From NCBI GenBank assembly GCA_043825875.1, contig JBDRRF010000075.1:1-59068 (forward strand): a DNA stretch of 59,068 bases, in the 5' to 3' direction. Numbering within the stretch: position 1 is the stretch's first letter; each line of letters begins with the position of its first letter. Shown here in pieces: positions 26,147 to 36,560 of this stretch. The notes below the pieces were generated by a model. The model had not been told where the DNA came from and did no database searches. It worked only from the letters and a program-made list of their open reading frames with translations. This DNA is from Pseudomonadota bacterium. GTDB lineage: Bacteria; Desulfobacterota; Desulfobacteria; Desulfobacterales; RPRI01. Both the position numbers and the translations under genes were made by a program.

Positions 26147-28004
26147 ATTTGAATAAATCTTTCAGTACGATTTTAAATTCCCTGATGCTTCCGTCTTGCA
26201 GTACTTCAATATTGTATTTCATGCCTTCTTCTTTTGAAAATAGTTCCCGTAGCTTTTCTACACCGCCTATCGAATCGGCATTAATACCATTTATTTTTCT
26301 GATTATATCGCCTTTAATAAAACCCGCCTTTGCTGCGGGCGTTTTTTTAGCAACAAAAACAATTTCAGGAAAACCTCCTTCACCCGTTCCTATTAAAAGA
26401 CCGCTTTTATCTTCAGGAAAGTTTTTTTCAAAATCTTTCCCTTTTTCAACTATTACCTGCTGCTTTTTATAATCAAGATATATAACAAAATGTTTAAGCA
26501 GCTTATTTCCCATATTGCCGATAATTTCCCTGCTGTCATTCGATCCCTTACCTTTACTTACAGGTACATTTATAAGCGGATTTAAAACCTTATAACCTCC
26601 CAATTCCACAGATTTAAACCTGACGCTTTTCTCAGCATGCTGCCCTCCCAAATCTGCACTTACTCTTTCAATACCTTTTAAATCCAGCAGATTATTCTCT
26701 TTGGCATAAGGGTAATTAAAAGACATATCAAAAGCACCGATATCAAGAGTCCATTTACCTTTATATTTACCATCAACAATTACAGGCACTGCAAATATTC
26801 TTTCTCTCATTGGTGCATCTATTATTGTACCAGACCCATTATATTTATATTTATCCGGATGATATAAGGTTAATATTTTTGATGCATAATCAATTTTAAC
26901 AACAAATCTCGACAAGAAATCATGCCCCAGAATGCCCACTACAGCAGAATCATATAATTTATTTGAAAGGCCCTTGAAGGAAAATATTTTCTGGGGATTA
27001 AACCGGATATCTCCTACCTTGTATGAAGGCAGAGTTACAAAAGAGAATTCAAAAATACTCGCTATACCAAATCCTTTTATTTCTCCTTCGGATTTTAGTC
27101 CAAGTATTTTGGCATAATCTGCATCAATAATGGACATACTTGCACCGTTATCAAGCAACCAGAGCTTTTTCTCACCGTTTATAATGACATAAAAATAAAT
27201 ATTATTTTCAACAAAATAAAAAGGGATGGTTTCTGAGTTCTTCCCGTTTTCAAATTCAAAATCCTCAACATCTTTTTCCGGAGGTTCAAAAACAGTACTG
27301 TTTATTTTGGTATTAAAATCATATCTGGCGAGCTGGATGGTTTCTTTCTTTTCTCTTGGAAAAACTTCAGTTTCTTCATGAAACGGATGAATTATACCGT
27401 CTATATTCCGGTAGTCGGAAAAGAGTGTACGAATTTCAAAATCAGGCTGTTTTACTATAGCTTTGATAAGATAATAATTTTCTTTATTGAAAAAAAAGAA
27501 GGTAATGTCATCATTTATTATATTTGCCATCTCAACTACATGGCAGGCAATGGCCCCGATCTTTTCTTCACCCTTATAAGTAAAGATAAAATTTTTTGTA
27601 CCAGGCCGCACATGATCATAAACTTCCAGAAGCGCCTTTATTTTTCTTCTTTTAAGGGTTTCTTCATCTCTGTGTATCTGCACTTTTCCATTCGTATCTA
27701 CAGACCAGCTTTGTTTGCCATTGTCTCCAAAAGTCTGTTTTATTACGCCATAATCTTCTTCAAGCCTGTATTTTAAAGGTATTTCCTCCCAATTTTTAAA
27801 TGTACCTTCCAGCCCGTCAAAAGTATTTTTCCCTTCAGCATAGCCGGATGTTATGCTTTTAAGCTTTTCAAGCCCTCCCACTGCTTCGTAATGCTTTAAA
27901 AGAATTTCCTGCGGATTAACAAAAGAGTCATCAGCGTAACAAACGGATGCTAAAAGAATAAAAACCAGAAAAACTTTAAAAATTATTTTATTTGGAAAAA
28001 CCAT
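26145..28004 (-). CDS. secreted protein with tandem retropepsin-like aspartyl protease domains and C-terminal PDZ
   Basis: Signal peptide; LLDNGAS...GILGHDFL; LDIGA...GNMGNKLL; PAAKAGFIKGDIIRKING. Confidence 0.8.
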   Translation of the reverse strand: MVFPNKIIFKVFLVFILLASVCYADDSFVNPQEILLKHYEAVGGLEKLKSITSGYAEGKNTFDGLEGTFKNWEEIPLKYRLEEDYGVIKQTFGDNGKQSWSVDTNGKVQIHRDEETLKRRKIKALLEVYDHVRPGTKNFIFTYKGEEKIGAIACHVVEMANIINDDITFFFFNKENYYLIKAIVKQPDFEIRTLFSDYRNIDGIIHPFHEETEVFPREKKETIQLARYDFNTKINSTVFEPPEKDVEDFEFENGKNSETIPFYFVENNIYFYVIINGEKKLWLLDNGASMSIIDADYAKILGLKSEGEIKGFGIASIFEFSFVTLPSYKVGDIRFNPQKIFSFKGLSNKLYDSAVVGILGHDFLSRFVVKIDYASKILTLYHPDKYKYNGSGTIIDAPMRERIFAVPVIVDGKYKGKWTLDIGAFDMSFNYPYAKENNLLDLKGIERVSADLGGQHAEKSVRFKSVELGGYKVLNPLINVPVSKGKGSNDSREIIGNMGNKLLKHFVIYLDYKKQQVIVEKGKDFEKNFPEDKSGLLIGTGEGGFPEIVFVAKKTPAAKAGFIKGDIIRKINGINADSIGGVEKLRELFSKEEGMKYNIEVLQDGSIREFKIVLKDLFK

Positions 28005-28298
28005 CTGTTAAAATTCCCATATATATTTTCATCAGGTTTGACTGCTTAGGTGAAAGCGCGGCATATAGTGTAAGTCTTTTTAATTGTTTGCGGTGTCAAA
28101 ACCGTTTCCCGAAGTTCATCTCCGCCCCCGTATCCTGTTATGGATGATATGAATTGTTCGAAGTATATTAATCCATAAGTGAATCTTGTTAAGAATTTAG
28201 GAAAATTAGCAAAAATATTAAATAAAGACAAGGGCCTTTATGTAAGTAGGCAGGGTAACCGTATTTAGAAATAATGGTTTTATACAAACACCATAGAC

Positions 28299-28526
28299 CG
28301 TCATGCCGGACTTGATCCGGTATCCAGAACCCAATGAAATTACTGGATAGCGCTAAGGCTTCACTTCGTGCCCGGCTTTCCAGGCTGTGTCGTAATTCAT
28401 TTTTATGTCATTTCGAAGCGAAGCGAGAAATCTTGGTTTAAATAAATTCAGTATATTAAGATTCCTCACATACGTTCGGAATGACATTTATTCTAATTGT
28501 GACACAGTCTCTTCGCCGGAATGACG
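28299..28526. repeat. nested MITE/REP-like composite
   Basis: Outer CGTCATGCCGGACTTGATCCGG...GCCGGAATGACG; inner 28381-28511 with TIRs AGGCTGTGTCGTAATT/AATTGTGACACAGTCT and TTC duplication; innermost TGTCATTTCG...CGGAATGACA. Confidence 0.7.
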
Positions 28527-28949
28527 AAAGAAGTTTTTGAGGTTTTTAATTTTCTTAAAAAACATAATATTAATCAAACAAAGTGTAGAAATAATCCAAA
28601 TGCGGTTACCCTGCGGAAGAATGATAAGGTGTGAAGGAACATCCAATCTAAACAACTTTTTTTTTGCAGTATAATTCAAAATAAAGTGCGTTTGATAGTT
28701 GCTATCATCCGATATCTTTACCGCTAAATAAAAGCTATGTTATTTAGGAATCATTATGCTATATCAAGCTATTCTTGATGTAATTAAAAACCTCATCAAA
28801 AATAACGGCTTCAATTGAAACGTTATTTTGAGAATGGCTATATATCTATATAATTTTGTATTGATAAATTAATATTTACAAAATCAAAAGGTTGTGAGAT
28901 AAGAAAAGCACTTATGACCAATATAAACTTATGAATCCGGTTTATTATT

Positions 28950-30650
28950 ATGCTTTGTGAGCTTTCCATAAAAAACTTTGCAATAATAGATGATCTTAAC
29001 ATTCGTTTTTCAGACGGTTTAACTGTTTTAAGCGGTGAGACCGGAGCAGGTAAATCTATTATTATAAATGCCGTAAATCTTTTGCTTGGAAGCAGGGCAT
29101 CCGCAACTCTTGTAAGAACCGGGGCAGAAAGTGCAGAACTTGAAGCCCTGTTTGAAATTACTCCTGAAAGCAAAACCGCAAAGCTTATGTGCGAACACGA
29201 ATATGATCCTGCCGAAGGCCTTATTATAAGAAGAATTATTTCAAGAAATGACAGGCACAGAATATATATAAACGGAAGACTTTCGACAATTCAGATTTTA
29301 GAATCTATAACCGATAATCTTGTCAGTATTTCCGGACAGCATGCTCACCAGGGCCTTTTGAAAGAAGATCAACACCTTTTAATTCTTGACCAGTTTTCCG
29401 GGCTTGTTTTGCTTAGGAATCAAGTATCGGAATTATTTCATGAAATGATTCCGGTTGCCAAAAAATTAAAAGAGTTAAACTCAATAAAAGATCGCCAGGC
29501 TGAACAAATCGATTATCTTTCGTTCCAGAAAAAAGAGATAATTGATGCGGCTATTAAAGAAGGGGAAGATACAGCTTTGGAATTTGAGAAAATAAAGCTT
29601 AAAAATATGGAAGCTATTTTCGAAGCTGTAAACAGCAGTATTGAGGAGCTATACAGCAAGAATGGTGCTGTGATAGAGCGGCTTGTTGGTGTAAGAAAAA
29701 ATCTTGAAAAAGCAGGAAAGCTTGATTGCGCTCTTTCTTTACAAGCAGAATCTGTTGAGCAGGCAGCTTATAATATAGAAGAGATATCTAATGGTCTTAG
29801 GGGTTATCTTGTAAAAATACAAACGGATGAAAATGAGCTGGAAGCTGTCGAAGCACGGTTGGATTTGATAAACAAGCTGAAGCGAAAATACGGAGGATCT
29901 CTTGAGGCAATTTTTGTAAGACTTGAAGAAATTGAAAAAGAACTTTCCGGTATAGAAAATATTGCTGAAAATATTTGTGAAACACAAAATATGCTTGATA
30001 AAATGCATAAAGAGCTTGCTGCATCTGCCAAAATGCTTTCAGCAAAAAGGATTGAAAGCGCAAAGAAATTTGCTGCAAAAGTTGAAAAAGAACTTTCAAG
30101 CCTTAAAATGTCGGGCACCAAATTTGAAGTATCTTTGCAGACTCAGGTTGCATCAAGCAGTGCGGATTCAATTTTTATATCAGACGGCTGTATTATAAAT
30201 GAAAACGGAATTGACAATGCCGTATTTCTTATTGCTCCGAATGTGGGAGAAACATTAAAACCTCTTTCTGCTATAGCTTCAGGTGGTGAGCTTTCAAGAG
30301 TCATCCTTGCTTTAAAAGCCCTTCTTGCCCAAACCGAATCGGTAGAAACAATTGTTTTTGATGAGGTTGATTCCGGTATAGGCGGAGGTGTTGCCGAAGT
30401 GGTTGGCAGGAAAATGTCAGCTCTTGCACAAAATTATCAGATAATTTGTATTACCCATCTTGCTCAGATAGCAAGTTTTGCCGATCACCATTTCAGAATA
30501 TCAAAGTATGTGGCAGACAGAAAAACAAAAACCTTAATAACTTTGTTAAATGAAAAGCAGCGTATTGAAGAAATAGCCAGAATGATTGGCGGTGAAAAAA
30601 TAACGGATGCAACAATTGCTCATGCAGCTGAAATGCTTGATAATAAATGA
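28950..30650 (+). CDS. recN: DNA repair protein RecN
   Basis: LSIKNFAIID, GETGAGKS, SGGELSR, FDEVDSGIGG, ITHLAQIA. Confidence 0.97.
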   Translation: MLCELSIKNFAIIDDLNIRFSDGLTVLSGETGAGKSIIINAVNLLLGSRASATLVRTGAESAELEALFEITPESKTAKLMCEHEYDPAEGLIIRRIISRNDRHRIYINGRLSTIQILESITDNLVSISGQHAHQGLLKEDQHLLILDQFSGLVLLRNQVSELFHEMIPVAKKLKELNSIKDRQAEQIDYLSFQKKEIIDAAIKEGEDTALEFEKIKLKNMEAIFEAVNSSIEELYSKNGAVIERLVGVRKNLEKAGKLDCALSLQAESVEQAAYNIEEISNGLRGYLVKIQTDENELEAVEARLDLINKLKRKYGGSLEAIFVRLEEIEKELSGIENIAENICETQNMLDKMHKELAASAKMLSAKRIESAKKFAAKVEKELSSLKMSGTKFEVSLQTQVASSSADSIFISDGCIINENGIDNAVFLIAPNVGETLKPLSAIASGGELSRVILALKALLAQTESVETIVFDEVDSGIGGGVAEVVGRKMSALAQNYQIICITHLAQIASFADHHFRISKYVADRKTKTLITLLNEKQRIEEIARMIGGEKITDATIAHAAEMLDNK

Positions 30651-32014
30651 AAAAACCATATAAAATATCTTTTTCACAATTAAGCCCGCAGGCTTTAGTT
30701 ACATTAAGTTTCGTAAGCGTTATTTTAGTCGGAGCATTTTTATTATCATGTCCGTTTGCTTCAACCGGCTTGGCGTTAAATTTTGTAGATTCTCTTTTTA
30801 CTTCAACTTCTGCTACCTGTGTTACCGGATTAGTTGTAGTAGACACAGGGACCTATTTTTCACTAACAGGCCAAATTATAATTCTTGTTCTTATTCAAGT
30901 AGGCGGTTTGGGAATAATGTCTTTTTCAACTTTTCTTCTGTTTTTTTTACGCGGAAGATTCGGAATCGGCAGCAGGGAGATTATTCAGGAAACCTTAGCC
31001 TTTTTTGATACGATTGATATTGGTGCTCTCTTAAAATCGGTATTCATATTTACATTCTCGTTTGAGGCTATTGGAGTATTTCTTTTAACAATCCGTTTTC
31101 TTTTTGATATGCCTTTAGACCAAGCTTTTTTCACAGCCGTATTTCACTCGATTTCAGCTTTCTGCAATGCCGGTTTCAGTACTTTCCCTGATAGTTTGAC
31201 TGCTTATCGTTCAGATATATTTGTTAATTTAATAGTTATGTTTTTGATAGTAAGCGGTGGTATCGGTTTTATTGTGATATATGAAATTTATAAGCTCCGC
31301 AAAAAAGGTTTCACTTTTTACAAACTATCCCTTCATTCCAGAGTTGTTCTATTATTTTCTGTCTTACTAATAATTATCGGAACAGTTTTTCTGTTTATTT
31401 TTGAATATGAAGTTTCAATGAAAGGATATAGCCTGTTTACAAAATTTCTTTCATCTTTGTTTCAATCCGTAACTGCACGTACGGCCGGTTTTAATACAAT
31501 TGATATATCCGCCATATCCATGCCATCATTATTTGTTATCGCAAGTCTTATGTTCATTGGCGCATCACCGGCATCCTGCGGTGGTGGTATTAAAACGGCT
31601 ACCCTGGCAGTTATATTTGCATTCGTAAAATCTAAAATCAAAGGGTCAAAAAACGTAAATTTGTTTTACAGTACCTTGCCTTTTAAAGTGATTTCAAAAG
31701 CAATAGTGCTTGTTGTTTTTGCTATTCTAACCGTAATCATTTTTTCTTTTTTAGTTTTAGTTGCGGAGTTTCATAATACACCTTTTGCAGATAATGGAAC
31801 GTTATTTATTAAAATTATTTTTGAAGTTATTTCCGCTTTTGGTACTGTGGGCCTTTCTGCCGGGATAACACCGGAACTTTCTTCAATTAGCCGTATATTA
31901 ATAACTATAGTAATGCTTATAGGCAGAGTCGGGCCTTTAACTTTAGCGGTCGTTATAGCAGCTAGAGATGAACAAGATGTTCAATATGCAGAAGATAATA
32001 TTTTAGTGGGGTAA
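30647..32014 (+). CDS. ktrB: Trk/Ktr potassium uptake membrane subunit
   Basis: SATCVTGL, SAFCNAGFS, RTAGFN, GGGIK, SAFGTVGLS, GRVGPLT. Confidence 0.92.
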   Translation: MKKPYKISFSQLSPQALVTLSFVSVILVGAFLLSCPFASTGLALNFVDSLFTSTSATCVTGLVVVDTGTYFSLTGQIIILVLIQVGGLGIMSFSTFLLFFLRGRFGIGSREIIQETLAFFDTIDIGALLKSVFIFTFSFEAIGVFLLTIRFLFDMPLDQAFFTAVFHSISAFCNAGFSTFPDSLTAYRSDIFVNLIVMFLIVSGGIGFIVIYEIYKLRKKGFTFYKLSLHSRVVLLFSVLLIIIGTVFLFIFEYEVSMKGYSLFTKFLSSLFQSVTARTAGFNTIDISAISMPSLFVIASLMFIGASPASCGGGIKTATLAVIFAFVKSKIKGSKNVNLFYSTLPFKVISKAIVLVVFAILTVIIFSFLVLVAEFHNTPFADNGTLFIKIIFEVISAFGTVGLSAGITPELSSISRILITIVMLIGRVGPLTLAVVIAARDEQDVQYAEDNILVG

Positions 32015-32019
32015 TTGTT

Positions 32020-32676
32020 ATGAAAAATATAGCGATAATAGGTCTTAATAGTTTCGGTTTTTATCTTTGCAAGTCATTAAGTTCACAAGGTTTTAATATA
32101 ATGGCTATTGAAATTAAAGAAGAACTGGTGAATCAGGTTAAACCGTATGTAAGAAAAGCTGTAATCGGTGATGCAAAGGATAAGAGTTTTTTAATGAAGC
32201 TGGGTATTACTGATTTTGATACGGTTGTTATTTCTGTAGGCAGCAAAATGGATGTCAGCGTATTAATTACGCTTTATATGAAAGAATTAAATATTAAAAA
32301 TATTATTGCCAAAGCTCTTAGTGAGGATCATTCGAAAATATTGGAAAAAATTGGCGCTACGCATATTATTTTCCCAGAGCGTGATTTGGCGGAGCAAATG
32401 GCGCATACAATAGCTTCTCCAAATTTTCTAAAATATATCCCGCTAACAGAAGGTTTCAGTTTGATTGAGGTGAGTCCTCCGTTTGAATGGCGTGGTAAAA
32501 AACTAAAGGACTTAATGTTAAGAAACCGATACCAGATTCAAATTGTAATGATCAGAGAAATTATTCCGGAAAGAGTTGTAATTCCTGATGGTGAATTTAT
32601 CTTAAAAGATAGTGATATCCTTTATATTATCGGCAGTGAAGAACATATCAGTTCTTTACGAAAGGGTATAAACTGA
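32020..32676 (+). CDS. ktrA: TrkA/KtrA NAD-binding regulatory subunit
   Basis: IIGLNSFG, IIAKA...LEKIGA..IIFPERD, RCK_C domain. Confidence 0.9.
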   Translation: MKNIAIIGLNSFGFYLCKSLSSQGFNIMAIEIKEELVNQVKPYVRKAVIGDAKDKSFLMKLGITDFDTVVISVGSKMDVSVLITLYMKELNIKNIIAKALSEDHSKILEKIGATHIIFPERDLAEQMAHTIASPNFLKYIPLTEGFSLIEVSPPFEWRGKKLKDLMLRNRYQIQIVMIREIIPERVVIPDGEFILKDSDILYIIGSEEHISSLRKGIN

Positions 32677-32832
32677 ATGAAATGAAAAAAAGAAACATAT
32701 TTATGCTAACTCTATCTGTTTGATATTGCGCTTTGATTTTTCTATTACTTGACAATAGGTTAATAGTGGTAATAAATACAAATATGATATTTAAAGATTT
32801 TTAGTGTGTGCAAAGAATTAAGGAGTGTTGCA

Positions 32833-33078
32833 ATGCCGATATATGAGTTTAAATGTTTGAAATGTGAAGAATTTTTTGAATTGATCTTAATGAACAAAGA
32901 TGAAGAAGCCCAGCTTAAATGCCCTAAATGCAATAGCGAGGATTTTGAGAGGGTAATAAGCACAACAAATTTCAGTATGGGTGCAGGATCAGCAGGAAAT
33001 GAACCTTCCGGCACTCAGACCAGAGCATGCTCGAGCGGATCATGTACCACATACAATATCCCGGGATATTCCAAATAG
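32833..33078 (+). CDS. FmdB-family zinc ribbon protein
   Basis: MPIYEFKCLKC...FE...CPKCNS. Confidence 0.88.
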   Translation: MPIYEFKCLKCEEFFELILMNKDEEAQLKCPKCNSEDFERVISTTNFSMGAGSAGNEPSGTQTRACSSGSCTTYNIPGYSK

Positions 33079-33267
33079 CTTGATTTATTATTTCATATTT
33101 CCTTTCAAACAAAGCTGTAAATCCAGTTGTTTCCAGGCAGATCGAATTTTCCAAAGTAAAATTAATGATACCGGATGGTTAGATAGGTAATGTGAAATGT
33201 ACGGTTTTGATTTTTATAAAAGCCGCAAGAGAGGTTTTTTGTAAAATTACCGAATAAATCCTGTTTA

Positions 33268-33314
33268 TTGACAAGCGTATATTCAGGCATTATTATTGCT
33301 AATAAATTCAGCAA
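33268..33314 (+). promoter_or_regulatory. feo operon promoter with 19-bp palindromic operator
   Basis: TTGACA-N17-TATTAT (33268-33296) followed by TTGCT-N9-AGCAA 33296-33314. Confidence 0.6.
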
Positions 33315-33323
33315 GGAACATAT

Positions 33324-34004
33324 ATGAAAAAAACTCATAAACAGGAAAAAAAACAATTTGAAAAATTCTTCAAAGAGGGAAATATTGATAATTTTGAAGA
33401 ACGATTCAAAGTTTTAGATACCTTTCTTCAGACTGAAAATCATCTGACATCTCAAGAGCTTACAAAAATGCTCAATGATAATGGGCATAATCTTGATAAT
33501 TCATTTGTAAAAGATACCTTAAATTTGATGTGCAAGCTTGGGTTTGCCTCTAAAAATAAATTTGATAATGGCATAATACGCTATGAACACAGGCATTTGG
33601 GGCAACATCATGATCATATGATATGTATAAAATGCAAAAAAATTATCGAATTTGAAGAAGATGAAATAGAAAGGTTACAAATCAAAATTGCCTCAGCTCA
33701 TGGATTTCACATGCTTCAGCATAAAATGGAGCTTTATGGAATTTGCGCCCAATGCCTGAAAGAAAGGTCATCTTTAATGCCTTTATCAAAGGCAAGACCT
33801 GGCGAGCGTTTGATGATTAAGGATATTACCGGAGGGGCCGGTGCACGTATGAGGTTGCTTAGTATGGGAATCAGGCCTGATGATGAGATTGAAGTTATAA
33901 CTAAAGTTGCCAAAGGTCAGATTGTAGTTGCATCAAAATCCAGCCGGTACGCAATAGGACAGGGTCTTGCGCAAAAAATAATTGTTGAGCCTGTCAAAAA
34001 ATAG
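33324..34004 (+). CDS. Fur-family regulator fused to C-terminal FeoA domain
   Basis: HHDHMICIKC...ELYGICAQC (Fur) followed by MPLSKARPGE...RLLSMGIRP...IGQGLAQKIIV (FeoA). Confidence 0.88.
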   Translation: MKKTHKQEKKQFEKFFKEGNIDNFEERFKVLDTFLQTENHLTSQELTKMLNDNGHNLDNSFVKDTLNLMCKLGFASKNKFDNGIIRYEHRHLGQHHDHMICIKCKKIIEFEEDEIERLQIKIASAHGFHMLQHKMELYGICAQCLKERSSLMPLSKARPGERLMIKDITGGAGARMRLLSMGIRPDDEIEVITKVAKGQIVVASKSSRYAIGQGLAQKIIVEPVKK

Positions 34005-34014
34005 GGGTTTGTTT

Positions 34015-34242
34015 ATGTTGCTTAGTGAGTTAAAGGAAGGAGAAACAGGTATAATTGTCAAGATAGCCGGTAGCGGAGCTTTGAGAAGAAGAATTCTTGA
34101 AATGGGAATAGTAAAAGGCTCCAAAATATATATAGAAAAATATGCACCTCTAAAAGATCCTTTGGAACTGGTTGTGAAAAATTATCATATATCTTTACGG
34201 GTGGAAGAAGCAGCACAGATTACAGTCGAAAAATCAGAGTAG
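34015..34242 (+). CDS. feoA: ferrous iron transport protein A
   Basis: LSELKEGE...RRILEMG...APLKDP...ISLR.EEA. Confidence 0.92.
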   Translation: MLLSELKEGETGIIVKIAGSGALRRRILEMGIVKGSKIYIEKYAPLKDPLELVVKNYHISLRVEEAAQITVEKSE

Positions 34243-34248
34243 GAATGC

Positions 34249-36435
34249 ATGATTGATAATAAAACCATAACCATAGCTCTTGCAGGTAATCCTAACTCAG
34301 GAAAAACTACGATTTTTAATAATATCACAGGGTCACGGCAAAAGATTGGGAACTGGCCCGGTGTTACCGTAGAAAAAAAAGAAGGCCTCATCAGCAAATT
34401 CGGATATGATCTTAAAATAGTTGATCTGCCCGGAACTTATAGTTTAACCCCCTTTTCAATAGAAGAGATTGTCGCAAGAGATTTTGTTTTAGAAGAATCT
34501 CCGGATGTAGTAATTGATATTATAGATTCATCCAATCTTGAAAGAAGTCTTTATCTTGCAACCCAGTTAAGAGAAATAGACGGTAAGGTCCTTTTTGTCT
34601 TAAACATGGCTGATGTAGTCCGTTCTCATGGAACCAAGATTGATGCCGAAAAACTTTCATCACTTCTTGATGTTCCGGTTGTATTTACTGTGGGTAACAA
34701 AAACGAAGGGATTGATGATCTGTTGAAAGAAGCAATAAAGCTTGCAGAATCAAACCCTGTTAAGAAAGAGAAAAGAAACGTTAAATACAGTAAGGATATC
34801 GAAAACGCAATTGTAAGAATTCAGGAACTGATAGAAGATAAAGTAAAAGATAATCTACATTATAATACCAGGTGGACTTCAATAAAGCTTCTTGAGGACG
34901 ACAAGATTGTAAAAGAACGCTTTGTGCAAAAAACAGGAAATGCAGGAGCTGATATTATCAATGAAGTTCAGGCTCTTCGCAAAAATCTATTAAACCTTTA
35001 TGATGAAGATCCGGAAATCGTTATGACTGATGAACGATACGGGTTTATAACCGGGATCATTAAGGAAATTCAAACAATTTCGCCTAAAATCAGAGTAGAT
35101 ATTTCACGAAATATTGATCTTGTTCTTACAAACAAATTTATAGGTTTTCCAATATTTATTTTCTTTATATGGGCAATGTTTCAGCTTACTTTTTCGGTTG
35201 GCGCTTACCCGATGGATTGGCTGGATAAAGGGATAGCACTTCTTTCTTTAGGTTTTGAAAGGGTTCTTCCGGAAAGTATTTTTAAGGATTTATTGATAAA
35301 TGGCATCATTGCAGGTGTAGGCAGTGTAATTGTCTTTTTGCCGAATATTTTAATACTTTTTTTCTGCATAGCCTTGTTTGAAGATACCGGCTACATGGCA
35401 AGAGCTGCGTTTCTCATGGATAAGATCATGCATCTTATAGGGCTTCATGGGAAATCATTTATTCCCATGCTTATGGGATTTGGATGTAATGTTCCGGCTA
35501 TTATGGCGACAAGAACATTGGAGAGTGAAAAAGATCGTATTTTAACAATTCTTATTACTCCTTTTATGTCATGTTCTGCAAAACTTCCGGTTTATATTGT
35601 GCTTGCAGGGACCTTTTTTGCCGCAAAAGCCGGTAATGTAATATTTTCCCTGTACCTTTTCGGAATTGTTCTATCTATAGTATCGGGAAGGCTCTTTCGC
35701 TCGACAATTCTAAAAGGTGTTGACGCTCCGTTTGTAATGGAGCTTCCTCCCTACAGAGTGCCAATGCTAAAAAGTCTTATGATTCATATGTGGGACAGAA
35801 GTAAGATGTTTTTAAAAAAGATGGGAAAAATTATATTAATCGGTTCCATTATTGTATGGTTTCTTTCATCTTTTCCAAGAAATATTAATTATTCCCAAGA
35901 TTATACTTTAGCAATAAACAATATTAATGAATCATTTAAGGAAAAAATTGCATCAGCTGATGAAAAAGATAAAAATCCATTAAATGAACAAATGCTTGCT
36001 GAAATAGCAGACATCCGGAAAAAAATGAACCTTGAAAAAACAGAAAAATCATATATGGGTAAAATAGGAAAAAGAGTTTCACCTGTTTTTGAGCCATTGG
36101 GGATTGACTGGCGGGGCAGTGTATCATTGTTAACGGGTGTTTTTGCAAAAGAGATTGTTGTAAGTACGCTTGGAGTTCTTTATTCAGCCGAAGGTTCCGA
36201 TGACAAGAATGCCTTGTCCAATGCATTGCGTTCTTCCGGCATGACACCTCTTTCAGCTCTTTCCATGATGGTTTTTGTGCTATTATACTTACCTTGCCTT
36301 GCTACCATTACAATGATAAAAAAAGAAACAGGCTCGTTTAAATGGACTTTTTTCAGTATAACATACAGCACAGTAATTGCCTGGGTTTCAGCCTTTTGTG
36401 TTTACCAGGGAGGAAGGCTTCTGGGGTTTGCATAG
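34249..36435 (+). CDS. feoB: ferrous iron transport protein B
   Basis: GNPNSGKT, NWPGVTVE, DLPGTYSL, GFGCNVPA, MELPPYR, LYLPCLAT. Confidence 0.97.
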   Translation: MIDNKTITIALAGNPNSGKTTIFNNITGSRQKIGNWPGVTVEKKEGLISKFGYDLKIVDLPGTYSLTPFSIEEIVARDFVLEESPDVVIDIIDSSNLERSLYLATQLREIDGKVLFVLNMADVVRSHGTKIDAEKLSSLLDVPVVFTVGNKNEGIDDLLKEAIKLAESNPVKKEKRNVKYSKDIENAIVRIQELIEDKVKDNLHYNTRWTSIKLLEDDKIVKERFVQKTGNAGADIINEVQALRKNLLNLYDEDPEIVMTDERYGFITGIIKEIQTISPKIRVDISRNIDLVLTNKFIGFPIFIFFIWAMFQLTFSVGAYPMDWLDKGIALLSLGFERVLPESIFKDLLINGIIAGVGSVIVFLPNILILFFCIALFEDTGYMARAAFLMDKIMHLIGLHGKSFIPMLMGFGCNVPAIMATRTLESEKDRILTILITPFMSCSAKLPVYIVLAGTFFAAKAGNVIFSLYLFGIVLSIVSGRLFRSTILKGVDAPFVMELPPYRVPMLKSLMIHMWDRSKMFLKKMGKIILIGSIIVWFLSSFPRNINYSQDYTLAINNINESFKEKIASADEKDKNPLNEQMLAEIADIRKKMNLEKTEKSYMGKIGKRVSPVFEPLGIDWRGSVSLLTGVFAKEIVVSTLGVLYSAEGSDDKNALSNALRSSGMTPLSALSMMVFVLLYLPCLATITMIKKETGSFKWTFFSITYSTVIAWVSAFCVYQGGRLLGFA

Positions 36436-36560
36436 TTATGTAATTTATGAAGGATTTTAAACCTGTTTATAAAAATACCTTGTTTCTAACTTATTTTCAG
36501 CATCTTCTCTTTTCTTTTTGCTAATTGATAGTATGCACCGGAACTTCAGGGCTTGGATTT

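Noticed and set aside
28046..28679. Short minus-strand ORFs 28046..28231 and 28488..28679
   Set aside because: No recognisable motif; one ends inside the MITE composite; could be debris but cannot be supported
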